From Tubiluchus corallicola (lineage: Eukaryota > Animalia > Priapulida): DNA of 64,000 nt. Numbering within the stretch: the first letter of the stretch is position 1; each line of letters starts with the position of its first letter. The stretch lies in assembly GCA_030141605.1 (NCBI GenBank), contig JAQGDQ010001055.1, positions 3,209 to 67,208 on the forward strand, in the 5' to 3' direction. Shown piece by piece: positions 10,984 through 23,000 of the stretch. The notes beneath the pieces were generated by a model. It was not told where the DNA came from and searched no databases. It was given only the letters and a program-made list of their open reading frames with translations. The position numbers were made by a program, and so were the translations under genes.

Positions 10984-13900
10984 ATGGATACATCAGATAC
11001 AGTTGGAAGTGAAACAGGTGATACAAAGAAGCATGGAAGTGGAGACACAGCTGATGCCTGGGGATTTTCTAGGTAAGAAAACTAAACTTGTGTATTAGTT
11101 AATTAGAATTTATGAATTTTTATAATTACAATTTCATTGCATATTGTTTAACACCAAACGTTTTATAGTTATTTCTTGCTCTTATGTTATTTAATTAATA
11201 GGCATTCTAATAACTTTTTTATTAGTTTCCATGAGCCAAAAATAGGCAGTATAAATCTGCTAACCACTATATACATAAACATAGAAGGTTTTTTTATTTA
11301 TTATTACTGAACAGCTATGCTAAATCAGAAAAATTTAGAACGACATCGTTGAACTTTTCTTTTACTTCAGCTGCCTAGCTATTTCTTAACAAAAGGTATG
11401 ATGATTTTTGAAAAAAATGTCTTGTTAAAGTCAATTTTGCTTGTTTTAGTCCTTCTACTGTGGTGCCACAAAATCTGCCTCCTTTTGACATGCCAGAGGA
11501 GTTAGCTTACAAGATGGATTACCCTCGACGTGGTAGAGCTATTATTATCAACAACAAAACATTTCATCCTAAAACTGAAATGAATGAACGACATGGTAAC
11601 ATTGCAAAACTTAATTTAATTATACTGAATAATTTTTGATATTCTTTAACCTTCCGCCACTGAAGTGGGTGCAATAACTCAGCAGTCATCTTTATTAGTT
11701 ATGTCATTTTGACATGAAGTCGCCAATACCTATCGTTTTCTGTATTTAAATGATCATCTATTTACTGTAAGCAGATGTCATTTGACCTCTTGTGCATCAC
11801 TTACTTTGATTGTAATATTAATTACAACTCATTTGGGCCTGTTTCACCACCAGTGCTGGTATAGTTGGCATGCTACACATTTTTGGCAAAGTATGTTAAC
11901 TAGCTTTGAAATTTATCTTTGTTGTTGAAAAATGGAGCATATTAGGCCTTGGAGGGCAAACAGAGTGATGTAACATAACTCAATAAATAAAGCCTTGCCT
12001 TCTGACGATTTTTTTCTTACGATTTGTTATGTGCACACTTGATACAACTTTCGCTAGTACAGCAAAGTAATCAAAGATATGGCATAGGTCTTGTGACCAA
12101 CAGAAGTGGTACAGTATCATTTCTTCCATATTTATGCACGTGGTCCATTATGCCCCACTGCTGTATGCGCATGACCATGAAATATTTACATTGGCTGAGG
12201 GTTAACACTGAATAAAAACAATTTTTTTAGTTCATGTATGAAAACATCATTTCCAACATAACTGTTTGAAAGAAACAAAGATTTATATTTTAGATCTAAA
12301 TTTAGATTGTCAATAGTTGCTTAGTCATTATATGGCTCTGACATTTTATTATTTATACAGAATATGATAACCAAGAACAAATTTGCTTTTAATATAATTT
12401 CAAAATAAAGTTTTCTCAAATATTATTTTGAGCTTGTGCAAGGCAACAGTTTACATGTTCAGTTTTATGCATTTTTGTTTTCATAATCAAGTAAAACTAA
12501 ATACTGAATAAAGAAACATTTTTGTATCCAATCTAACTGCTCTGGGGAAAGCAAAGATTTTCTTTTTAGATCTAAATTTTGCATGTTTTGGCATTTGATG
12601 CAGTTAAATAATAAGCAAAAAAAGCAAAAATGAGTTCACTAGAAGCAGTTGTTTTAAAATTGCATTTGAGAGTATAATTTGATCTTAACATATTGCATTT
12701 GAGAGTATTTGATCTTGGCTTAATGCATATTTGAGGGTGTATTTGATCTTGGAATGCAAAATGTTTTTCAGACCTGCAAGAATGTGTTTTAGCCTTTTGT
12801 AATTGGTCACCTTACTTTGGTTCTGCATTATCTAGTGCTTACTGCCCTAGTCACATTGTAAAACTTTTTCAGGCACCAATACTGATGCAAGTAACCTGTA
12901 CAATCAGCTCAATAAACTAGGTTTTGATGTGTCAAGATATGATGATCTTACAAGAAAAAGTGTACAACAGGTTTTGAATTTAGGTATGCCTATTTGGAGA
13001 TTTCCTCCCTTTTTACACGTGATATGATAATTATTTGCAGTTTAACAGTCATTTTCCTAGAAATTAATTCTTTATGGTCTTGTACCATTTCCAATGTGGC
13101 CATTATTTCTTGTCACTAAAACTTTTTTGTAGTTGAAGAAATAAAGCGACACATTTTTATTGTTAGCAGCAGTAATGATTTCATTGTGACATGTTTAGAC
13201 TAGCTAGCTATCTTGTCAAGCAAACTCGCCAGGTAACACACAAGTGTGTTGACACTGTTCAGACTAGAGAGCAAAACTTGATGCGAGTCACTCTCTGACA
13301 ATAAGCGCTAGCTAACACTCACTTCTCATTCGCTGCAAGAAGTGTCGAGAGTAACTTGCTCTGATGTCCCCCTAGAAATCAACTCGCAGTAACTTTCAGA
13401 GAGTTTACAATTTCTTGCTGACAGTAACTCACAAAGTATTTCACACTTGCGAGTTTGCTGTCAGAGAGAGAACTCATCACAGAAAATTCGTTAGTCTGAA
13501 CGTGCCTTTTGAAAACCTGAAACTTGTTAGTCTGAAATTTTGTGTGACATCATAATACAGCTCTGCAAATTGTAAAAAGCAAGATGCATGTCATAAATCG
13601 TCTGAAGTCAAAACAATTGGTAATATCGTAACTTAAGCAGCTGTGTAATTTATTAAATAATTATACTCTGCAAGCTTTGCCCGGGGGTCTGAGTTTGACT
13701 GAGTGCTGTTTTAGTTTATAGACAAATTTACTTCTATCCTGTTTCTTGAATTTAGGGATGAACCTAATGGGCTGGTCTCCCAATATGTCTAAATAGAGAA
13801 TGTAATTTCAAAATTGCTTCACGATCACTCTATCACAGAAGTTCCCAACCTTTTGTTGATGGCTACCCCTTTCCAGAACCCTGCATCATTGTGCGACCCC

Positions 13901-16501
13901 ACGAAGAACATAATCACATGTTATACTATTAAACTTCATTACCATTCACATTTATTAATTTTAACAATGGGTGATTGTTTCACTAATTAATTAATATGGT
14001 GGTTGCATCTGTTTCTCAGCAACCAGTATGGCAATGCAATAGGTATCCAAGAAGATCCAATGTAAAATGAATAGCGACATGGGCAGTGTACACTATACAT
14101 AAGTGTACAACATGGAACATTGCGCATTTTCATTTTCCCAGAAAATCAAGCACTGTTATGCTGCATTTAGAGCGGGAAAACCCAGTTGCACTTTCCAAAA
14201 CAAAATGATGTAATGAGAGACTGAGGAAACAAGACCTACCTACATACTTTCATGAAAACTGCATTTCTTAAAAATAGTTTTTGGACTAGCCCCTGACCCC
14301 ACAAAAAGGTTGGGAACCCATGCTCTGTCGTATCTCTGGCTAAACACCTCTCCAGATAATAATCGTCATTATCGTCATCTCTTCTTCATCATCGTCATTA
14401 TAATAATAATCATCATCATCATCATTAGGCAAAACACAACGACAGATGCAGTTTGCTCAAAGTAGCATGGGAAAGTAAAAAAGTCACCCTGCAACTTGTC
14501 GCTTCTTACAACTAACATGATCATTAAAATTATTATTTTGCTAGCTGCTAAAGAGGATCACTCAGATGCTGATTGTTTTCTCATGGCCATGTTGAGCCAT
14601 GGCGAGGAGGGGGTGATTTACGGGACGGACGGAGAAATGCCGCTGGATGATATAACGGCTCCATTTAAAGGACCAAAGTGTAAGAGTCTGGCCGGGAAAC
14701 CAAAAATATTTTTTATTCAGGTGTGCTATTGCATTTTTTTATCATTTAATAAACTGGTTGGCATGTGATAAATTTGATTTAACTTTTGTATCAACAAAAA
14801 TGGCAAAGAATAGAACACCTATGAGCAAACGAAAAATATTTTTTTATAAAACTTTAAATTTTATCTAGTGGTTGCCAATCTTTCTTTATTGGTACGATAT
14901 GAGATTATGCACTCTGTTCTCTGTTTATTGGACTAATATTATTGTTAATGTTTATTGGCAAAGTTTTGTGTAAGTATTAAATGAATTAGCAATAACTTAG
15001 GAATGGGTGAGAGTGAACATGCATTACTTGCTTGCGCTTTTGTCAGTGGCAATATACAGATTCCTTTTTAACAAAAATTTGCGATATTATGAAACTGTAC
15101 TACTTATGTGAACTCAAAATAGTAGTATTCTAGAGTATAGAATTGTTACAGTATCAAAAAGTTTTGAATAGTTTTTATCATCTTACAGATTATTAAGTGG
15201 AGAAAAGTTTAACAAAAAGATGTCTGTGAATTTAATGGACTCTGCTACTGTTATGTGAACTGAAAATAGTAGCATTGTACAACCAATTTTGAGCCATTAT
15301 GCCTCCTTACAGATAGACACATGGTTGAACAGTAATGCCCATAAAATTAAATTAGAATTGGGATGGTGTGTGAGACTTTCATTTACCTTTTTCCAGGCCT
15401 GTCGAGGGACATCTTTAGATTCAGGAATAGAAGTTGCAGATGCAGAAACGGCAGAGGAGATAATTCCAGAAAATATGGGTGATGAAGTAGATGCCCGGAT
15501 TTTGCAGAAAATTCCGGTAGAAGCAGACTTCCTAATGTGCTATTCTGTAGTCAAAGGTAAGAGCCACTGTTGGAGATGATAGTGGGCACTGGACATCCTC
15601 ATGTATTCTTGATTGTTTGCTCATTCATGGTGGGCTTGTAGTAGTGGGCACTGGGCATCCTCATGTATTCTTGATTGTTTGCTCATTCATGATGGGCATG
15701 TAGTAGTGGGCACTGGGCATCCTCATGTATTCTTGATTGTTTGCTCATTCATGATGGGCATGTAGTAGTGGGCACTGGGCATCCTCATGTATTCTTGATT
15801 GGTTGCTCATTGATGGTGGGCATGTAGTAGTGGGCACTGGGCTTCCTCATGTATTCTTGATTGTTTGCTCATTCATGGTGGGCATGTAGCTTTGTCATCT
15901 TGTCACTTGATGGTAGAGAAATATCACTTGAAAGGCCTGATTTACTTTCGAAAATTCACCTGAAAAAATATTTTATACAGTCGTATCATAGGAAAGCATC
16001 ATCTTTTGCAACTACTGAATTTCTTACCATGTTGTACGAGTTTGACTGTAATCTTGGCTATGATTTTTGACTTTTGTTAACAAACAAATCCTATTATCTT
16101 TTCAATCTGTTGATGGATTTTGTCTGTTGATTTGAAATGCCAGTATGCTAGAATAAATGACACTCTGCTTTTTTTAACAACTATATTTGTTTCTTCTTTT
16201 AACTGTCTTATTTCATTGACACTATTTCGTTTTAATTATTTTTGAATTGTTGTTTTCAGGTTATTTTTCATGGCGGAATTCTTCTAGAGGTTCATGGTTT
16301 ATACAATGTTTGTGTAGGGCGTTAGAACTGTTTGCCGACAAGTTAGAATTTGTTCGTCTAATGACCAGGGTTAATCGAATGGTGGCCTACGAGTTTGAAT
16401 CAAATGCTTCACAGTGGCACATGAACAGAAAAAAACAGATACCTTGCATAAGTTCTATGTTAACAAAAGATTTGTATCTACAACCAAAAAAGTTGCAGTA
16501 A
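10984..16501 (+). CDS. Effector caspase, caspase-7/3-like, 307 aa; join(10984..11072,11450..11595,12873..12983,14545..14720,15397..15556,16260..16501)
   Basis: All five introns are GT-AG with consistent phases (924 nt total). Motifs: [24 protein letters not shown], catalytic LSHG and [40 protein letters not shown]. The prodomain is short, with DTAD|A. An acceptor at 10909/10910 implies an upstream 5'UTR exon. Confidence 0.93.
11650..12201. mobile_element. piggyBac-like MITE in caspase intron
   Basis: TTAA|CCTTCCGCCACTG ... CATTGGCTGAGGG|TTAA: TTAA flanks with imperfect TIRs (10/13 match). Confidence 0.5.
12659..12752. repeat. Degenerate ~32 bp tandem repeat x 3
   Basis: Recurring TGCATTTGAGAGTATTTGATCTT core. 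Confidence 0.7.
13188..13506. mobile_element. PIF/Harbinger(Tourist)-like MITE, copy 1
   Basis: Imperfect TIRs GACATGTTTAGACTAG ... TTAGTCTGAACGTGCC; a diverged copy lies in the opposite orientation at 28175-28480. Confidence 0.65.
13836..14322. mobile_element. hAT (Charlie-like) MITE in caspase intron
   Basis: TIRs CAGAAGTTCCCAACCTTTT / AAAAGGTTGGGAACCCATG with a degenerate 8-bp TSD CTCTATCA / CTCTGTCG. Confidence 0.8.
15580..15889. repeat. Minisatellite, 62 bp x 5, in last caspase intron
   Basis: Unit TAGTGGGCACTGGGCATCCTCATGTATTCTTGATTGTTTGCTCATTCATG(A/G)TGGGCATGTAG, head-to-tail with few substitutions. Confidence 0.97.
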
Positions 16502-17244
16502 TTATCATGGTTTTATTCTGTCGTGCCGGTGTTTATTTATAAGTTTGTCTCTTGAAATGATGTTATTTTTCTTCGAGTATCAACTTTGCATCGTGTTGTT
16601 GTTTTTTACTAGAATTTATAGTATCGCTATCAGTTTTTGTACATGCTTTGTGTTTTACGTACAAATTTGTTTGTAATAATTTTTTAATTAACATGTGCTA
16701 AAAGATTATGTGGTATATAGTGTCTGAAAATCTTTTGAAAAGATTGTTGTTTTTGAAGCGTGGTGTCACATGTGCATGAAGTTACTTACAATTAAAGGAA
16801 AATGCAATATTTTTTGCTTACAGCTACAAAACACAATCAATTTTTTATAAAATTATGTGTAAGCGCATATTTCCAGAAATAGAATTACTGTATAACCCGA
16901 GATTTTTTGACTTGTTAAAATATTTTCATTAAATTGTTTCTCTATCACCACTGCTTGCAATTGTTCAATCTGTGATTGTAAGTTTATGCTGTTTGTAATC
17001 AAATTCTTGCCATAAAATGAATAGTGAATCATTTATACAGAAATCAAATGTGGATTATACTTGAGTCAAGTCTGACCTTTGTAATAGCAGCAAATAATTA
17101 AAATAGTTGACAATTTAATGTGATCGAATTAGTTGGCTTTAACTCAATTATAGAGTTTTTAGCATAGTGGCTAGTACATTCTCTGACTGTGATCAGCCAG
17201 AATTAATAAACATAACAGTTTCTGTATAATCGACAATTAACCTG

Positions 17245-17420
17245 ATGGCTAATTAATTGGAGGAGGAACGTGTGACCTCAGATCATAAGTTCTGGGTTCA
17301 AATCTTTTGCGTCACAATTTTCAGCACCTTCGTCCTTCAACATATACCACTAGGTTCATCCATTTTGGCTCATCACAGTTCAGTGTCTAAAAATTGTAGT
17401 CAGACAGTTGTTAAAACATT
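17245..17420 (+). mobile_element. Degraded tRNA-derived SINE
   Basis: A-box-like TGGCTAATTAATTGG and B-box-like GGTTCAAATC at tRNA-like spacing; no cloverleaf could be built. Confidence 0.35.
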
Positions 17421-17786
17421 TTTTTTGATATTTATAGTTGAAGATTCATGTCATATATAGGCAGGTTGTACAAAATGCTTTGTGTAATTATTAAATTTTC
17501 ACTATGTGGTGCTGTATTTATTATCTGCTGTTTTATTAGTTTGCAATAAAGTTTACTATAAATGTGAATATAAATCAGGACTCCTAAGAGCTTTGTAAAG
17601 ATGGTGATTTTAGTATAGGAATTAGAAATATTAACATTGTTTTTTTTTGTATTATAATTTTAAACACATACCAAAGGCATGTAAATGGGAAGAATAAATA
17701 CAACAATACATTCGGCAGGCGGAAAGCGAAGCTGCATAGATATCAGTAGTTGCACGGCAAAAATAAACATCGATAACACATACCAA

Positions 17787-17830
17787 TTATCCAATGTTTC
17801 AGACTAAGAGACTTGCTTCATCAGGGAAAA
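17787..17830 (-). ncRNA. Minimal type I hammerhead-ribozyme-like relic
   Basis: Minus strand reads TTTTCC-CTGATGA-AG(CAAGTCTCTTAGT)CT-GAAA-CAT-T-GGATAA. Core boxes are in the correct order, helix I has 5 of 6 pairs, and helix III is ACAT instead of palindromic ACGT. Confidence 0.4.
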
Positions 17831-20063
17831 CTTGTAATGGGATACCAGTAACTGTCTGGTAAATCAGAGACTCGGGTTACCATCACTTTCTATTCAGTTG
17901 ATGAGTGAAAGCTCCTCAATAAATATCGTATTCTCTCAGGAGACCTCTCCCGTATTTTTGCTCTATTTGTTTATTTTCTGGTTGCCTGTAATCTGAACTC
18001 ACTTCCTTACTTGTTACTAGTATTCAAGTTCAATGCTAGCTTTTGGAATTTTCTTTGATTTACTGCTTTGCTTGTCATTACAGATTTTTCCCTATCGAAG
18101 TTGGAAGTGTTACTTTAAAACAATGGAGTTTCTACAATAACTGCTGTTGATTTACTTTTGCTCATAAAAAGTTTAAAGTTAAAAAAGTTAAGAGCATGGC
18201 AATTATCAAATGCCTATACAGTGGTACGAAAACATCCATATTTTACCACAGGCAATAAATCACTGATTCACGTAAGAAAACAAAACAAATAAAAATGGGA
18301 ATAATAAACTGACCATATATTTAATATACTGTCCAGCACAATATAATACAAAAACTACAAGTATATTGGAGTATTATCCTGTACGAGTCGATAAATTTGT
18401 ATAATGAGTAGTAATAACATTTGTTTTAAACATTGTTCAGGCACAAATAATAATATAAGTTATACAATGAATTTATTTCAAAATAATTATCGAATATGGT
18501 GTATAACATTTAATGATAATATTCACAAAACTATGCATCTTGCCAATACATTAAAGATGCATGTATTTCTAACTTAAGCTCCTGGTTATCAGACACGAAC
18601 TTTGCTAATTGTACCTTCTCCAGTTCATTTACAACCAGACATGAGATTTATATTGCTAAATTCTACAACTCTTATATAATAATCTATACACAATAATACC
18701 ATTGCAGCTTTATATTATGCAAAAAATCGGAATAATAATAAAAATTGTGCTTTTGCTAAGCAAGATCAATTTCATAAAGCAAGTGCTGCCAGCTGGTTGA
18801 GAATGTCTATATCATCTATTAAAATGTAAACAGATGGTGATAATCGGAAAATAATAACAATAATATATATTGTATACTTACTACTATATGTAATTGATTT
18901 ATTACTAGATAACAGATAATCAAAAATGATATGTTGTAAAGAAAACAAATAAGAGTGACAAAAATAACACCTGTCACAGATTTTGGAATAAATTAATCAG
19001 GATAATAATACGACATTATTATTATTATATAGCAGCTTCTTGCACCATGTGATGAAAAATCAACAACTAGTGACACTAAACATCGCTTCTGCCCAAAGGC
19101 AACAGGAGAATGGTTACGCTGCATATATTACACAGTTCTATGCATTTAATAGGATATGCATTTAAATGATTTGTGTTTGTATTGTGTAAGATAAATGAAC
19201 CTCAACAATTCAATGAATAGTTGCCTATAGTTTCCAATTACGACAACCTTTTGTTAAATTTTCAAGAAACTTATAATAAGCAAAATAAGTATTTGCTAAG
19301 GTGACTGATGAGTTAACGAGTAACCACAACGATAAGCTTGTATTGTCACAACAGCTCAAAGTTTTAATCCTTAAGCTTGTAGCATTAACTAAGCAAAGTG
19401 AACGATCACAACCATTTTCACAACCAACATTGAAAAACTCACAGTTACGGGATAATTGATAAACAATAACAAATCAACACAAGCGATCGACTGAAACTAG
19501 CACATGATAGAAACAAACTTCTATGAAAGAACGTTACATAAAAACAAATAACTGATATGTTATGAACAAGAAGCGTGTTCAACAAAAAACCGATTCACAA
19601 AGTTATGAATCACTAACTTAACAACACAATGAGATCTCGAATGAAATTAGAGATTCAAGGCAAAATGAACACTTAACAATTGCACAAGACTACAAGACTG
19701 CAAGTCTGATATTCTTGCTTAAACTGTCAAACATCTACTTCCATTTTTAACCGCACAATTCTGTTATTTAAACATTTAAACTTATTAATGTACATGGTCA
19801 ACATTGCTATTAATAGTTACTTAATATTTATAACTAGGCATGCATCATACTTTGCTAAGTTGTTAATTTGCGACGTAAAGGTTTTCCTCACAGTTGAGCA
19901 AAGAACAATTGCCTGCTATTGTCCGCTTCCTCTTCATTGTGGCTAACATGTGTTTAACAGTTTAAAAGTGTATTAGCACTAATAAAAATGATGTAATCTA
20001 CAGCTATGTAAATATTATTCAACTTACAAGACACTGAGAATTTATTAACAGAACAACTGCACG

Positions 20064-23000
20064 TTAAAAATGATCAACAAGCACAGACACGCTGTTAGTT
20101 CCAACTCTGCCCTGAGACACGCCTTCTACGCCGGCTAGTTGTACATTCTGCCACTCGGTGGGCTGCCCAGTTGGAGTCTCGCTAGACTTGAGAGCAAAGC
20201 TCCAACTTTCCGGATTCACAGAGGCACAATGGGGTAATCGAAGTTCAACTGGTTGCTGAAACTTTAAACCATGTGGTCCACACATAACCTAGGCAAAGTA
20301 AAATGCAATTAGTTAAAGCCAAGAAATACAATTTAACAAAAATAAATGCAAAACATTTTTGCAACTCTGTTTTCAAAAGTTTTTAATATCTCATAGATAG
20401 CTACAACTCTATACACTTTCTGACATACATTAACCTTGATGAATTCAATTCAAATTTACTGGTGGATAGAAAATGGCACTGTGCATGTGCAAAGCTTCTT
20501 GGAAGGAAACACTTTTTGTGCTTAAACAGTTTATTAGTAGACAGTATATAACAATTAAAACTTACTAATGGACTTAACAATGTTTCCCCCTTTTCTGTAT
20601 CAAGTGGTGGAAGAATACTGCTATCCTGGCAGACTTTAAAATAAATTTCCTGTTTTACACCATCTGGTATGGCACCTAAATAACAACGAAATTTAATTAT
20701 GGCAGAAGTGTTTACAAGATCTTTAATCATTATATTGAAATTAGAAATGTGACAAAACATTCACAAAAAAACACTGTAGCAATGTGAAATATAATTATTC
20801 ACAAATAATGCAACTTCAACAACAAACAAACACAAAATTGTGAAAAACTGAAATGCAAAAATGCAACTCGCTCCGAAAATGAGATCTGCTAGAAAGTAAC
20901 TTTAGATTCCTAAAATAACTTAGCAAGATCATGTGCATTTGAAACTGTCTGTAAAGAAGTGAAATGATACAGCTTTGTGGCTCAAATTTTGAACTTCTAC
21001 TAACTTTTCGTACAAACTATATAAAGATTTTATAAAATGTAGAACTATACTTGTCTATAATTTGTTATTAGAATTACTTAGAACAAAAGAAGTGCATAAT
21101 AAAATATAGGCAAAGCTCAATGTGTATTGAAAGCAATGAGATTTGACATGTTGCATTCTGGATAATAAAATAAGTGTATACAGAGTGATTTTTACTAGTA
21201 TCTATATAATTTTTCTTGCTGTTAAGAATTTACTAACTCTTCGTGGAAGCATACTAACCTTTGGGAATAACAATGCTAACACCAGTTTCTTCTGAAGCCA
21301 AAACTCCACCTGCCGAGTCGAACACACCTCGTGCAGTAGCTATGACAGTATGGTTTCCCTCAATAGGTGGAATTGAGCCTACATAAACAAAATAAATCAT
21401 AAATAATGGAGACTAGGAACACAGAGTCATTTGCTCACCTTTGACCCTAACCTACAGTACCGCCTCTTAAGGGAAAGTCCAAGCGTTATGGAAAGTTAGG
21501 CTTGTTTCAATGTTCGCAAAAAATGTTAGAAGGATTTAGTAATAAAAGTGTGATAAGCGCCTCGCGTAAATAGCAAAATCACTTTAAGTCACGATCATTT
21601 TTTTGTTTGGCGCCTCAATTTTCAATGCCATTCTTCTTCCAATGACGTCATTCGTCCTGAAGTAGCACACTGTCAATCTTTTTCAAAAGTATAATATGTT
21701 TTTACAAAAAAAATTAGATAGCTGACTTTACAACATTTTTGCATGAACAATATGTAAGCTGAAGAAGTTTGGATTAGTTTAAAAAGCACACGCTTATGGA
21801 AAGCTACGATACGCTTACAAAAAGTCACAAAGTCTCCAGGTTATGTTATAATTTTCAAGTGAATGGCGGTAACCACCACGCCTGAACATTTCTATTCACA
21901 GGTAGTACATTTTAAATTTATTTTTATAGGCAATTTTTTGCAAACTTCTTTGTTATATTTTTCTAAGTTTAAGAGATAACAGTAATACAAACCAAACATA
22001 CTGACTTGTTCTTTCTTTTAAGCTCAGGGACTTCCACAGTAAAAGATTCTCTAAGAAAATTTATACTAACTTGCCATGGATTGCATTTATAGTATAAACA
22101 TTTGGCAAGGAACACACAGATGCATCTACACTCACACATATATTAAATAAGAATAAGCTTGAATTGCACAAACAACTTAAAAATTGAGGATTTTTCATAG
22201 GGATTTTATCTGACATCAGCCTCGGAAAAGACAAAACACGGGGATTTGTAAATCATTATTTCAAAGTCTAACTTACAAGAATAAGTTTATTTCATCAGTG
22301 GCATTATTTATAATCGTAAATCACTTGGGAAATTAAACCCTTTGTAAATATGACGATGCATGTCGCTTTCTAAACAGAAGCCTTTGTGAATAGCCTCTGG
22401 TTTTAGGTGTTTTATGATGCAGCAGAAATGTACTACTACTAAGTCAAAATGTTACTACAGTAGGTGCTGCTTAATAAACTTGCTTTGGGTTAGAAGAGTT
22501 TTGGCCGGATTAACCAACTGAAACTATTAACCGACGATTGTAGAATTACTAGTGTAGAAGTTGTAAAGTCATAAGGAATACTGGCAGATTACTGCTGCAC
22601 CATAATGGCAACAGTTTATTGATTAAGTGTTCTGTGAAAAGCAACAAGGGCTTCAAAAGCAAACCATTAGGTATGTGATTAAAAGTTTAGTTTCCATAAA
22701 TTCTTGGGCAACAAGGCTCATTGCACTGGTCAGAGGAGTGGGTGACAGACCATTCAAAGCAAAAATGCTATGCTAGCATATTAGCGTGTGATAAACATTC
22801 CAACTTACAAACAAAGCTGTACTTAACATGATTGTTTCTGCACACATTATAATGCACAAAAGTGAATAAAAAATGACATGAAATTAGTAAAAACTCTTTG
22901 ACCATTTTGAGTACTTGAAGCAAAAACAGTGAGTCAATTATGTGCAGTAATTCAAGTCAACTGTCGACAATGTTTGTATACATGTGAATAGGAGTGGCCC

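Noticed and set aside
15580-15889. CRISPR-like array
   Set aside because: Units are head-to-tail with no unique spacers, inside a eukaryotic intron with no cas genes; it is a minisatellite. The same applies to 8994-9116.
21467-22040. TTAA-GGGAAAGTCC-starting segment resembling a Kolobok/piggyBac-type element
   Set aside because: No matching right TIR or TSD could be identified with confidence.
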